The notes: generated by a model from the letters alone, not told the origin. DNA of 32,172 nt from an uncultured Clostridia bacterium (GCA_944361835.1 CALVTI010000021.1:1-32172); one strand, 5' to 3'. Shown: positions 9,474-18,668, counted from the stretch's first letter. A program made the numbers and translations.

Positions 9474-10765
9474 TGTTTAAAACTATAGCTAATGCGTTCA
9501 AAATAAAAGAGGTCAGGAGAAAGATTCTTCTAACCTTGCTTTTATTGTTTATATTTAGAATTGGTTGTTGGATTCCTCTTCCTGGAATCGACCTTCAGCT
9601 CTTTGCCGAGTCGACTGCGGGAAACGATTTTCTAAATCTTTTAAGCTCAATAAGTGGTGGAGCGCTCGCAAACGGCTCACTGCTTGCGCTGGGCGTGTCG
9701 CCGTACATTAGTGCGTCTATTATAATCCAACTTTTGACAGTAGCTATTCCTGCTCTTGAAAGACTTTCAAAGCAGGGTGAAGACGGCAGAAAGAAGATAA
9801 ATTTCTACACCAGAATTTGCGCGCTAGTGCTAGCTGTGGCTCAGGCTATAGGTATAGTTATTGCGTTTAGCGAAAGTTTTGATCCAAACTTCTTGTGGAC
9901 GGGCGCACCAACTTGGCTTGTAGGAGCCATGCTTGTCATCATTCTTACAGCAGGCGGAATGTTTACAGTTTGGCTTGGTGAGAGAATCACAGACCTTGGC
10001 GTCGGCAACGGGCTTAGCCTGCTTATCTTCGTAGGTATCTTGTCTACAGCCGGAACTTCTATTGCTACGACTATCACAAGCATTGGAAGCGACATAAACC
10101 AAGTTTGGAACCTCATCATATTCTTTGCAGCATTGCTCCTTATCTTTGCTCTCATCATCTTTGTGGATATAGCAGAGCGAAGAGTTCCGGTGCAGTATGC
10201 AAAGCAAATAAAAGGCAGAAAGATGTATGGCGGACAGAGCACATACATTCCTATTAGAGTAAACGGCTCGGGAGTTATGCCTATCATCTTTGCGTCAGCA
10301 CTACTTACATTCCCACAGCTCATTATGAGCATCTTCTATCCAGAAGGCGTGACTTGGTATGATCAGTGGCTCGGCGCAGGGTCGTGGATAAACATAGTGC
10401 TCACAGCGCTCCTCATTCTCTTCTTTGCTTACTTCTGGGCGCAGATTACTTTTAATCCAGACGACGTAAGCAAACGTATTCAGCAGAATGGTGGGTTTAT
10501 TCCAGGCATTAGGGCAGGCAAGCAGACCAGCGACTACCTAAGGCGAATTTCAAACAGAATCACGCTCTTTGGCGCTATCTTCCTTGCGTTTATCGCTCTT
10601 GTGCCAAGCCTTGCGTTTAAAGCAATAAGCGACCCTCTTGGCGGAGGACTTGTGAACGCGTTTAGTGCGACAGGTCTCATGATTGTCGTTTCTGTTGCGC
10701 TTGAGCTAGACAAACAGCTTGAAGCGCAAATGCTTATGAGAAACTATAGAGGATTTTTGAAATAG
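9473..10765 (+). CDS. secY: Preprotein translocase subunit SecY
   Basis: Multi-TM protein; LGVSPYISASIIIQLL, WLGERIT, GVMPIIFA, GGFIPGIRAG. Confidence 0.99.
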   Translation: MFKTIANAFKIKEVRRKILLTLLLLFIFRIGCWIPLPGIDLQLFAESTAGNDFLNLLSSISGGALANGSLLALGVSPYISASIIIQLLTVAIPALERLSKQGEDGRKKINFYTRICALVLAVAQAIGIVIAFSESFDPNFLWTGAPTWLVGAMLVIILTAGGMFTVWLGERITDLGVGNGLSLLIFVGILSTAGTSIATTITSIGSDINQVWNLIIFFAALLLIFALIIFVDIAERRVPVQYAKQIKGRKMYGGQSTYIPIRVNGSGVMPIIFASALLTFPQLIMSIFYPEGVTWYDQWLGAGSWINIVLTALLILFFAYFWAQITFNPDDVSKRIQQNGGFIPGIRAGKQTSDYLRRISNRITLFGAIFLAFIALVPSLAFKAISDPLGGGLVNAFSATGLMIVVSVALELDKQLEAQMLMRNYRGFLK

Positions 10766-10772
10766 GAGCTAT

Positions 10773-11393
10773 ATGAATCTTATTATGCTTGGAGCTCCAG
10801 GAAGTGGAAAGGGAACAATGGCAAAGTTTATCTCTAGCGATTTTTCCCTTCCTCACATTTCCACAGGAGACATTTTTAGAAAAAATATCAAAGACGGAAC
10901 AGAACTTGGGAATAAAGTAAAATCTATCCTCGACGCTGGCGAGCTTGTCCCAGATGAGCTCACAATAGACCTTGTAAAAGATAGGCTCAAAGAGGCAGAT
11001 TGTAAAAACGGCTTTATTCTCGACGGCTTTCCTAGGACACTTGTTCAGGCAGAAGCACTTGAAAAATTTGCTAGCATCGACAGCGTTATTCTCATAGACC
11101 TTCCTTTTGAAGTGATAGAGGAGAGGCTCAGTGGAAGAAGAAGCTGCCCTAGCTGCGGAGAAGTGTATCACACTAGCACTTACAAAGAAACTAATTGTCA
11201 AAAGTGTGACGCTTCGCTCATTCAAAGAGAAGATGACAAGCTTGAGACTGTTAGAGCTCGTCTAAAAGTATATGAAAAACAGACCTCGCCTCTAATTGAG
11301 TTTTACAAAAACAAGATTTTTAAGGTAGAGGGAAAGGGGACACCAGAAGAAACTTATGCACCAGTAAAAAAGTTTCTTAAGGAGATGAAATAG
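10773..11393 (+). CDS. adk: Adenylate kinase with Cys4 zinc lid
   Basis: GAPGSGKGT, HISTGDIFR, GFILDGFPRT, CPSC...CQKC. Confidence 0.99.
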   Translation: MNLIMLGAPGSGKGTMAKFISSDFSLPHISTGDIFRKNIKDGTELGNKVKSILDAGELVPDELTIDLVKDRLKEADCKNGFILDGFPRTLVQAEALEKFASIDSVILIDLPFEVIEERLSGRRSCPSCGEVYHTSTYKETNCQKCDASLIQREDDKLETVRARLKVYEKQTSPLIEFYKNKIFKVEGKGTPEETYAPVKKFLKEMK

Positions 11394-11394
11394 A

Positions 11395-12138
11395 ATGGTT
11401 GTCAAAAACCCTGCAGAACTCGTTTTGATGAAGAAGGCGGGAGAGATTACAAAAAAGGCGCTAGACCTTGCAAAATCGCTCATAAAGCCAAATATTTCAA
11501 CATTAGAACTTGACAAATCATTAAAAGAGTATATAATTAAATGTGGTGCAACTCCTTCTTTTTTACACTACCAAGGTTATCCTGCTAGCATATGTGCATC
11601 GCTAAACGATGTAGTCGTGCATGGCATACCTTCAAAAGATGTAGTTTTGAAAGAGGGTGACATAATCAGCATAGATGTTGGGGCTTGTTATAAGGGCTAT
11701 CACGGAGATGCGGCAAGGACTTTTCCTGTCGGCAAAATTTCGCCTGAGAAAGAGAGGCTCATAAAGGTGACTGAAGAATGCTTCTTTGTAGGGATAGAAA
11801 AGCTCAGGGTAGGAGGAAGACTTGGAGAGCTCTCCAGCGCTATCCAACAGCATGCTGAAAAAAACGGATATTCTGTTGTGCGAGAACTTGTCGGCCATGG
11901 CATAGGCAGGCAGATGCATGAGTATCCAAGCGTGCCAAACTACGGTCACATGGATGATGGACCAAAGCTTGCTGAAAATATTTGTCTGGCCGTTGAGCCG
12001 ATGATAAATATGGGCAAGAAAGACATTTTCATGGAGAGAGATGGCTGGACGATACGCACTAAGGATGGCCTTCCATCAGCTCACTATGAAAACACCATTC
12101 TGCTCACAAAAAATGGTGTGGAAATCTTGACTATTTAA
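11395..12138 (+). CDS. map: Methionine aminopeptidase type I
   Basis: VVHGIP, DIISIDVG, GYHGDAART, GHGIG...HE.P, EPMIN, SAHYENT. Confidence 0.99.
   Translation: MVVKNPAELVLMKKAGEITKKALDLAKSLIKPNISTLELDKSLKEYIIKCGATPSFLHYQGYPASICASLNDVVVHGIPSKDVVLKEGDIISIDVGACYKGYHGDAARTFPVGKISPEKERLIKVTEECFFVGIEKLRVGGRLGELSSAIQQHAEKNGYSVVRELVGHGIGRQMHEYPSVPNYGHMDDGPKLAENICLAVEPMINMGKKDIFMERDGWTIRTKDGLPSAHYENTILLTKNGVEILTI
11510..11537 (+). promoter_or_regulatory. Internal sigmaA promoter inside map, candidate promoter for the alpha operon
   Basis: TTGACA (11510-15), 16 bp spacer, TATAAT (11532-37); both hexamers perfect. Confidence 0.65.
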
Positions 12139-12147
12139 GGAGTATGT

Positions 12148-12369
12148 ATGTCAAAGGAAGATGTTATTGAGTTTGAAGGAGTTGTGGAGGAAGTTCTTCC
12201 AAACACGACTTTCAAGGTAAAACTTAGTAATGGCCATGTCATAACAGCTTACATCTCAGGTCGCCTTAGAATGAACTACATTAAGATTTTGGAAGGCGAC
12301 AAGGTCAAAATTGAGATGAGCCCTTATGACCTTACCAAAGGCAGAATTACTTGGCGTGCAAAGAACTAG
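12148..12369 (+). CDS. infA: Translation initiation factor IF-1
   Basis: KEDVIEFEG...LPNTTF...[13 protein letters not shown]. Confidence 0.99.
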   Translation: MSKEDVIEFEGVVEEVLPNTTFKVKLSNGHVITAYISGRLRMNYIKILEGDKVKIEMSPYDLTKGRITWRAKN

Positions 12370-12388
12370 AGTTTAAAAGGAGAAAAAC

Positions 12389-12505
12389 ATGAAAGTAAGA
12401 CCATCTGTAAAACCTATCTGTGACGGTTGTAAAGTAATTAAGAGAGAAGGCAAAGTTATGGTTATATGCTCAAAATCTAAAAAGCACAAACAGACACAAG
12501 GTTAA
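12389..12505 (+). CDS. rpmJ: 50S ribosomal protein L36, zinc-binding form (not in ORF track)
   Basis: Hand translation [38 protein letters not shown] (38 aa); AAGGAG RBS. Confidence 0.98.
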   Translation: MKVRPSVKPICDGCKVIKREGKVMVICSKSKKHKQTQG

Positions 12506-12588
12506 AAATTTCGTTCTCTGCTGCGGCTGATATTGCAGAGGCGTCTATATATAAATCACAAACAAATATATTTCGGAGGAATAAATAA

Positions 12589-12966
12589 ATGGCAAGAATC
12601 GCTGGTGTAGATTTACCCAGAGAAAAGAGAATTGAAGTAGGCCTTACTTACATTTATGGAATTGGGCCAGCTACTTCAAGCAAAATTTTGAAAGCTACCA
12701 AAATAAATCCAGACACTAGAGTCAAAGACCTAGACGAAAACGATGTCGCAAAACTTCGTGCATATATTGAAAAGAACTTCCCAGTCGAAGGTGACCTTAG
12801 AAAAGAAGTGTCCATGAACATCAAACGCCTTACAGAAATAGGCGCTTATCGTGGCGTGAGACACAGAAAAGGTCTTCCTGTTCGTGGACAGAACACAAGG
12901 ACAAATTGCAGAACTAGAAAAGGCCCAAGAAAAGTCGTAGGCGGAAGCTCTAAGAAGGGTAAATAG
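12589..12966 (+). CDS. rpsM: 30S ribosomal protein S13
   Basis: [10 protein letters not shown]...LTYIYGIG...GLPVRGQ. Confidence 0.99.
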   Translation: MARIAGVDLPREKRIEVGLTYIYGIGPATSSKILKATKINPDTRVKDLDENDVAKLRAYIEKNFPVEGDLRKEVSMNIKRLTEIGAYRGVRHRKGLPVRGQNTRTNCRTRKGPRKVVGGSSKKGK

Positions 12967-12976
12967 GAGATAAGTT

Positions 12977-13366
12977 ATGGCAGCAACAAAAACAACTAAG
13001 AAAAAAAGAATTAGCAAAAACTTAGAGAAGGGACAAGCTCATATAAACGCTACTTTCAACAACACCATTGTGACTTTCACAGATATGCAGGGCAACACCA
13101 TCTCTTGGGCAAGCGCTGGAAAACTCGGTTTTAGAAGTTCTAAAAAGAGCACTCCATTTGCAGCTCAAGCTTGTGTAGAGGACGCAGCTAAAGTCGCTAA
13201 AGACCATGGCATCAAGTCTGTAGAAGTTTATGTTAAGGGCCCAGGCAATGGCAGAGAAGCAGCTATAAGAGCTATTGGCGCAGCTGAGATAAATGTTACG
13301 CTCATAAAAGACGTTTCACCTATAGCTCACAACGGGTGCCGTCCACCTAAGGCTAGAAGGGTTTAA
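12977..13366 (+). CDS. rpsK: 30S ribosomal protein S11
   Basis: TFNNTIVT...KSTPFAAQ...HNGCRPPK. Confidence 0.99.
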   Translation: MAATKTTKKKRISKNLEKGQAHINATFNNTIVTFTDMQGNTISWASAGKLGFRSSKKSTPFAAQACVEDAAKVAKDHGIKSVEVYVKGPGNGREAAIRAIGAAEINVTLIKDVSPIAHNGCRPPKARRV

Positions 13367-13378
13367 AAGGAGAAAGAT

Positions 13379-13999
13379 ATGGCAAAACAAATAGGACCTG
13401 ATTGCCGTCAATGCAGACGTGAAGGTTGCAAACTTTTCCTTAAAGGCGAGAAGTGCACGACTAAAAAATGCCCTATGGAAAGACGCCCAGTCGCTCCAGG
13501 ACAACACGGTGCAGGAAGAAAGAGAGTTACACAATACGGCACTCAGCTTAGAGAAAAACAAAAAGTAAAGAAAGCTTACGGAATACTTGAAAACCAATTT
13601 AGAAAGTATTATGAAGAAGCTGAAAGAATGAAGGGCGTCACAGGTGAAAACATGCTCTCGCTCATAGAAAGAAGACTTGACAATGTAGTTTATAGAATGG
13701 GCATTGGCTCAAGCCGTTCGGAGTGTAGACAAATAGTAAACCACAGACAGATTACTGTAAACGGCAAGACTGTAAACATTCCTTCATATAGAGTAAAAGT
13801 TGGCGATATAATAGCCGTCAAAGAAAACAAGAAAGACCTTGAAATGTTCAAACAGCTCAAAGGTATGAAGATTGTTATGCCAAAATGGTTAGAGTTTGAT
13901 TCAAACGAACTTGTGGGCAAAGTTATAGCTCTTCCTACAAGAGAAGATATTGACCTCAATATTCAAGAACACCTAATCATTGAGTTGTATTCAAGATAA
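13379..13999 (+). CDS. rpsD: 30S ribosomal protein S4 (zinc-finger type)
   Basis: [16 protein letters not shown]...PGQHG...QLREKQK...[10 protein letters not shown]. Confidence 0.99.
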   Translation: MAKQIGPDCRQCRREGCKLFLKGEKCTTKKCPMERRPVAPGQHGAGRKRVTQYGTQLREKQKVKKAYGILENQFRKYYEEAERMKGVTGENMLSLIERRLDNVVYRMGIGSSRSECRQIVNHRQITVNGKTVNIPSYRVKVGDIIAVKENKKDLEMFKQLKGMKIVMPKWLEFDSNELVGKVIALPTREDIDLNIQEHLIIELYSR

Positions 14000-14017
14000 T
14001 AAAGGAGAATATTATTT

Positions 14018-14974
14018 ATGATGGAAATTGAAAAGCCAAAAATCACTTGTGAAGAAACTGACAGCGGAGAATTTGCAAGATTTACTGTTGCGCCTCTTGA
14101 AAGAGGGTATGGAATTACTCTTGGAAACTGCATGAGAAGAACGCTTCTCTCAGCTCTTCCAGGCTGTGCTCCTATAGCTATAAAGATAGCTGGAGTCCAA
14201 CACGAGTTTTCCACAATTCCAGGCGTGACTGAAGATGTCGTAGACATAGTTCTAAACATCAAGCAGATAGCTTTAAAATCTACAAATACTGACTCTAGCT
14301 TCATGACCAAACTTCACCTCAAAAAGACTACTCCAGGTGAGGTTACAGCAAGAGATTTTGAGCCAAATGACCAGATAGAAATCCTCACTCCAGATTTGCA
14401 CATATGCACAATCGATGAGGGAGCTGTCCTTGACATGGAACTTTTAGTGGCAAGAGGCAGAGGCTATGTTCCAAACGTCTTAAACAAAGAAAGACTTGAT
14501 GGAAGCCTTGAATATATTGCTATAGACAGCTTATATTCTCCTGTTAAGAGAGTAAATTACAGCGTGGAAAGCACGCGTGTCGGCCAGAGTATCGACTATG
14601 ACAAGCTCATATTAGAAGTTGAGACAAATGGCACTACAAGCGCTAGAGACATCGTTGCTCTTGCAGGCAAAATTATAAACGAGCACGTTTCGCTCTTTGT
14701 AGACCTTTGCGAAAACATGAGCGGACTAAACATTCTCGTTTCTAGCGACGAAGACAACCAATCAAAAGTTCTCGAAATGCCAATTGAAGATATGGACCTC
14801 TCTGTTCGTTCTTATAATTGCCTTAAGAGAGCAAACATCAATACTGTCGAAGATTTGATTAAAAAATCTAAAAACGACATGCTCAAAGTGAGAAACCTTG
14901 GCCTCAAGTCTATTGAAGAAGTTATTCAAAAGCTTGAAAGCTATGGTCTCGGGCTTAGAGTAGATGAAGAATAA
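14018..14974 (+). CDS. rpoA: RNA polymerase alpha subunit
   Basis: PLERGYGITLGN...HEFSTIPGV.EDV...LSVRSYNCLKRA...RNLG.KS. Confidence 0.99.
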   Translation: MMEIEKPKITCEETDSGEFARFTVAPLERGYGITLGNCMRRTLLSALPGCAPIAIKIAGVQHEFSTIPGVTEDVVDIVLNIKQIALKSTNTDSSFMTKLHLKKTTPGEVTARDFEPNDQIEILTPDLHICTIDEGAVLDMELLVARGRGYVPNVLNKERLDGSLEYIAIDSLYSPVKRVNYSVESTRVGQSIDYDKLILEVETNGTTSARDIVALAGKIINEHVSLFVDLCENMSGLNILVSSDEDNQSKVLEMPIEDMDLSVRSYNCLKRANINTVEDLIKKSKNDMLKVRNLGLKSIEEVIQKLESYGLGLRVDEE

Positions 14975-14985
14975 AAGGAGAAATT

Positions 14986-15495
14986 ATGGCAAACGCAAAG
15001 TTAGGACTTCCTACTAAAGAGAGAAACGCACTGCTTAGAAACCAGGTCACAAATCTTCTTTGGTATGGCAAAATAGAAACTACACTTGCTAGAGCAAAGT
15101 CAGTTAGGAGTCAAGCTGAAAAGCTTCTTACATTGGCTATAAACTCTTATGAAGACACAGTTAAGGCTACCAAGACTATCACAGATAGCAAGGGGACTAA
15201 AGTTAAGCAAGAAGTCGTAAACGATGGCCCAAAGAAGCTCAACGCAAGAAGAAAGATAATGTCATACGTCTATGACATTCAAGAGCAGAGGAAGGACAAG
15301 GAGAGCATTACAGCTTTCAAGGCTAGAACAGAAGGCATAAACCACCCTCTTCTTGAGAAAATCTTTAACGTATACGCTCCAAAGTATGCTGACAGAATTA
15401 AAGAGAAAGGCATCGGCGGAGGATATACCAGAATAATAAAGCTTGGACAAAGACGTGGTGACTCAGCTGAGATGGCTATTGTAGAATTGTTATAA
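14986..15495 (+). CDS. rplQ: 50S ribosomal protein L17 (long form with internal insertions)
   Basis: KIETTLARAK...GGYTRIIKLGQRRGDSAEMAIVEL. Confidence 0.98.
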   Translation: MANAKLGLPTKERNALLRNQVTNLLWYGKIETTLARAKSVRSQAEKLLTLAINSYEDTVKATKTITDSKGTKVKQEVVNDGPKKLNARRKIMSYVYDIQEQRKDKESITAFKARTEGINHPLLEKIFNVYAPKYADRIKEKGIGGGYTRIIKLGQRRGDSAEMAIVELL

Positions 15496-15524
15496 AAGAC
15501 AAGTCGAAAGACTTGCCTTTTTTT
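15495..15524. terminator. Intrinsic terminator between convergent rplQ and fba
   Basis: AAAGACAAGTC-GAAA-GACTTGCCTTT followed by a T-run. Confidence 0.88.
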
Positions 15525-15525
15525 A

Positions 15526-16422
15526 TTATTTACTTAAATATCTAAACTTTTCAAGAACTGCTTCTGTGACATATTTTTTGCCTTGAGAGAGATATTTTCG
15601 AGGGTCAAAGTTTTCGGGATTTTTTAAAAGATGCTCTCTCACGCCAGCAGTGAAAGCTATGCGAAGATCTGTGTCGCTGTTTATTTTGCATATGTTGTGG
15701 CGAGTGCAGGCCGTCTTTAGCGACTTTTCGTCTACGCCCTTTGCGCCTTTTAAGTCTCCGCCATAGGCGTTTAGAAGCTCGACATATTTCTCTGGCACAG
15801 AAGAGGCGCCATGCAAAACAAGTGGAGTTTTAGGAATGGCTTTTTCTATTTCGCCAAGGCGCTTAAAGTTTAGCTTGCTCTCGCCACTAAACTTATATGC
15901 GCCGTGGCTCGTGCCTATGGCCACGGCCAAACTGTCAGCTTTGGCAAGAGAGATAAACTTTTTTGCCTCTTCGGCATCTGTGAAGATGGCTTTTTTTGCG
16001 CTAACGAGGTCTTCTGTTCCGCCTATGACTCCTAGCTCAGCCTCCACCCACACGCCTCTAGCGTGAGCGTAGTCTACCACCTTTTTTGTAAGGGCGACAT
16101 TTTTTTCAAAGCTCAGGCTTGACGCGTCTATCATGACAGAGTCAAAGCCTAGGTCAATGGCTTTTTTGCACATCTCAAAACTCTTTCCATGATCTAGGTG
16201 AAGAAAAATGTCTTTATATCTTTTCTTTTCTGCTCTAAACATGCCTATGCAGGCTTCGCCCATATAGCTGAAGGCGCCTTCACTGACACATACAAGTGCA
16301 GGGGTAGAGGCGGCCAGGCAGGCGTCGACTATGGCCTTTAAAGTCTCTAAATTGTTAAAGTTAAATGCGCCAATGGCAAAGTGCTCTTTGAGAGCTTTTT
16401 TATAAAGTGCGTTTAGTTTCAT
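15526..16422 (-). CDS. fba: Class II fructose-1,6-bisphosphate aldolase
   Basis: HLDHG, VEAELG, GTSHGAYK, LVLHGASS, KINSDTDLR. Start at ATG 16422, behind AGGAG. Confidence 0.93.
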   Translation of the reverse strand: MKLNALYKKALKEHFAIGAFNFNNLETLKAIVDACLAASTPALVCVSEGAFSYMGEACIGMFRAEKKRYKDIFLHLDHGKSFEMCKKAIDLGFDSVMIDASSLSFEKNVALTKKVVDYAHARGVWVEAELGVIGGTEDLVSAKKAIFTDAEEAKKFISLAKADSLAVAIGTSHGAYKFSGESKLNFKRLGEIEKAIPKTPLVLHGASSVPEKYVELLNAYGGDLKGAKGVDEKSLKTACTRHNICKINSDTDLRIAFTAGVREHLLKNPENFDPRKYLSQGKKYVTEAVLEKFRYLSK

Positions 16423-16438
16423 ACTTTCTCCTAAAGTT

Positions 16439-16466
16439 ATTTTACACATTAGCTTTAATTTTTCAA
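16439..16466 (-). promoter_or_regulatory. sigmaA-like promoter of fba
   Basis: Minus strand TTGAAA, 16 bp spacer, TAAAAT, just upstream of the RBS. Confidence 0.5.
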
Positions 16467-16511
16467 AACATTGTGTGTAATTTTTGGTCAAGCCTTGTCA
16501 TATGTTACGGT

Positions 16512-17207
16512 ATGAAAAAATTATTTAAAAACAAGGTCCTTATTTTCGCAATTCTTTTTATAGTCGTCATAGGCGGGTGTTTGACCGCGCTTTGCCTTAG
16601 ACAGCCTGTGCTCGAAAATTTGGTGAGAGCTAATATGGCGGACTATAGAGACTTTGTATATTTTGGTGAGTGTCAAGAGTTTAAGGCAAACCTCATGTGT
16701 GGCGTTAGAGAAGAGCCGTATGAATATAACGGAGTTAAAAACAATGATAGAGAATTTGGCGTTTTGACCGTCATATTTGCTCAAAACTATGATATAGAAT
16801 TAATTGAGTTTGAACTAATAGTGGATGGGGAGAGCTACATAGGCTTGCTTGAGAAAAACCCTTTTGACTCAAGCTTTATGGCCGACGTCGAGAAGAGGTT
16901 TGAAAGTGGCAGTGAGATGTCTTTAAAAATCCTCTCCTTAGAAGAGGTCAAGCTAGAGTGCTTATCTAGCTCTTGGAACATTAGCAGCCAAAAGGCGCTT
17001 GAGATAGGCATAGAGGCCTTGAGAGAGGATATGGAAGATTTTATTACGCAAAATAGACTTTATGGCGAGTGTTATTTAAAAATCATAACAGATAGCTCTA
17101 TGCAAAGGTTTTATTACAGCTTTAGCTTTGTTGGTGACGATTTAAAGATGAGAACAGTGGTAATTAACCCAGAAGACGGCGAAGTAATTGTAAAGAATGT
17201 GACTTAA
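16512..17207 (+). CDS. Hypothetical membrane-anchored exported protein with PepSY-like C-terminus
   Basis: MKKLFKNK plus a hydrophobic helix; C-terminal ISSQKALEI...YYSFSF...VINPEDGEVI resembles PepSY. The track start at 16407 overlaps fba, so ATG 16512 is preferred. Confidence 0.75.
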   Translation: MKKLFKNKVLIFAILFIVVIGGCLTALCLRQPVLENLVRANMADYRDFVYFGECQEFKANLMCGVREEPYEYNGVKNNDREFGVLTVIFAQNYDIELIEFELIVDGESYIGLLEKNPFDSSFMADVEKRFESGSEMSLKILSLEEVKLECLSSSWNISSQKALEIGIEALREDMEDFITQNRLYGECYLKIITDSSMQRFYYSFSFVGDDLKMRTVVINPEDGEVIVKNVT

Positions 17208-17208
17208 T

Positions 17209-17237
17209 TTGACTTTGAGAAAGCTTTTGCTTATACT
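17209..17237 (+). promoter_or_regulatory. sigmaA promoter of hflX, leaderless geometry
   Basis: TTGACT, 17 bp spacer, TATACT, then 6 nt to the ATG; no SD sequence. Confidence 0.8.
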
Positions 17238-17243
17238 ATAAGT

Positions 17244-18293
17244 ATGATAGAAAGAGCAGTTTTACTTGTCCCAACTTTCAAAAACTACGAGAAACCAAAT
17301 TTTGAAGAACTAGAGAGGCTGGCCCACACGGCCGGCCTTGAGGTCGTGTATGAAGACAGTCAGTTTGTGAGAGAGGTTAGCCCTGCCACGCTTTTTGGCT
17401 CAGGCAAACTTGAGAAGCTCGCCTCAAAAATTCCTAGCCTCAAAGCAGATGTCGTCATCATTGACCATGAGCTCACTGGCTCGCAGACTACTAATATATC
17501 AAACATGCTAAATGTCAAAGTTATAGACAGAATAGCGCTCATTTTAGATATTTTTGCTCAAAGAGCGACCACGCAAGAAGGAAAGCTTCAAGTTGAGCTT
17601 GCTCAGCTAAAATACATTTTGCCTAGGCTCTCCTCTATTGAAGGCACGAGCGGAAGGTTTGGCTCGGCTGGCGTGGGCATGAGAGGCCCGGGTGAAACTC
17701 AGCTTGAGACGGACAAGAGAATAGTGAGAGATAGAATTTCGAGACTTTCTAAAGAGATAATAAAAATAAAAAAGCAAAGGGATTTAAATAGAAAAAAGCG
17801 CAAGGCGGGAGAGAAAAAGAGGGTCGCCATCGTAGGCTACACAAACTCAGGCAAGAGCACACTTCTAAACAAGCTTTCAAAAGCCAATATCTACGCAGAC
17901 GACAAACTTTTTGCCACACTTGAGACGACAAGCAAAAGCGTCTGGCTTGGAGACGGCGTCTCCATAATTTTGACCGACACCGTGGGATTTATCAGCAATC
18001 TTCCTCACAGCCTTGTAGACGCCTTTGCGTCCACGCTGGAAGAGGCGAGCGAGGCCGACCTTATTCTTCATGTCGTGGATATTTCAAACCCAGACTACAA
18101 AAGCCAAATGAGCGTGACTGAAAAGACGCTTGAGGAGATCGGAGCAGGAGAACTTCCCACAGTTGTCGCTTACAACAAATGTGACAAAATTCACCCTCAG
18201 CTTGAGCTGAAACCAAACGAAGTTTTTGTTTCGGCTACTACAGGAAAGGGGATAGAAGAGCTAAAGGAGCTCATCAAACAAATGTTAAAATAA
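17244..18293 (+). CDS. hflX: Ribosome-splitting GTPase HflX (short form)
   Basis: GSGKL, LILDIFAQRA.T.EGKLQVELAQL, RGPGETQLETD, GYTNSGKST, DKLFATL, DTVGF, NKCD. Confidence 0.97.
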   Translation: MIERAVLLVPTFKNYEKPNFEELERLAHTAGLEVVYEDSQFVREVSPATLFGSGKLEKLASKIPSLKADVVIIDHELTGSQTTNISNMLNVKVIDRIALILDIFAQRATTQEGKLQVELAQLKYILPRLSSIEGTSGRFGSAGVGMRGPGETQLETDKRIVRDRISRLSKEIIKIKKQRDLNRKKRKAGEKKRVAIVGYTNSGKSTLLNKLSKANIYADDKLFATLETTSKSVWLGDGVSIILTDTVGFISNLPHSLVDAFASTLEEASEADLILHVVDISNPDYKSQMSVTEKTLEEIGAGELPTVVAYNKCDKIHPQLELKPNEVFVSATTGKGIEELKELIKQMLK

Positions 18294-18320
18294 AATGCGA
18301 GCTAAAAAGCTCGCATTTTT
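18292..18320. terminator. Bidirectional intrinsic terminator
   Basis: AAAATGCGAGCT-AAAA-AGCTCGCATTTT between convergent genes. Confidence 0.92.
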
Positions 18321-18331
18321 ATGTACTCTGC

Positions 18332-18535
18332 TTAGCAACCTTTATTGCAGCCACCAAAACCGTTTCCACAGCCACAGCAAGAAAGAAGTATTATAAGCCA
18401 GAGCAAGCTACAGATGTCCATGCCAGTGCCAGTTCCGCAACCACAGCTAGACAAGAGAAGTAAAAGCACTATGAGCGTGCAGCAGTCACAGCCGTTGTTG
18501 CCACCAAAGCCACCACCAAAACCGCCAAAATTCAT
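18332..18535 (-). CDS. Small Gly/Cys-rich hydrophobic protein, probably spore coat or exosporium associated
   Basis: AAGGAGG RBS; 67 aa with 11 Cys and 18 Gly; two repeats xDxCxLxxLxxLxxCGCG; own terminator. Confidence 0.85.
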   Translation of the reverse strand: MNFGGFGGGFGGNNGCDCCTLIVLLLLLSSCGCGTGTGMDICSLLWLIILLSCCGCGNGFGGCNKGC

Positions 18536-18622
18536 TCGTGTGTCCTCCTTTTGTATATTGAAACCCTAAAAATATGTAATTTTATCTTTTGTACATCAAA
18601 ATTTTGTCCTTGGTTTCACTAT

Positions 18623-18650
18623 CATTCTATGCCAAAGCCTCAAAAGTGTT
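18623..18650 (-). promoter_or_regulatory. sigmaK-like promoter for the Cys-rich peptide
   Basis: Minus strand AACA, 15 bp spacer, CATAGAATG. Confidence 0.5.
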
Positions 18651-18668
18651 CTTTTCTCAAAAATTGTT

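Noticed and set aside
582-15450. Many minus-strand ORFs of 60-170 aa opposite ribosomal genes
   Set aside because: They are antisense shadows of conserved genes, with no RBS or recognisable motifs
268-15495. Genome-wide TAG reassignment suggested by the hrcA stop
   Set aside because: rplC, rplW, rplB, rpsQ, rpsH, rplR, rpmD, secY, adk, infA and rpsM end at TAG at their expected lengths, often overlapping the next RBS
16407-16511. Longer N-termini given by the ORF track for fba (16491) and the 16407 ORF
   Set aside because: They overlap each other and the promoters. RBS position and signal-anchor position favour 16422 and 16512
18332-18535. RiPP or bacteriocin precursor reading of the Cys-rich peptide
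   Set aside because: There is no radical SAM, lanthionine synthetase, YcaO, peptidase-transporter or immunity gene nearby, and no typical leader. A trans-acting maturase cannot be excluded
18345-18569. Pro/Gln-rich plus-strand ORF
   Set aside because: It is the mirror of the Gly/Cys-rich minus-strand gene, which has the RBS and terminator
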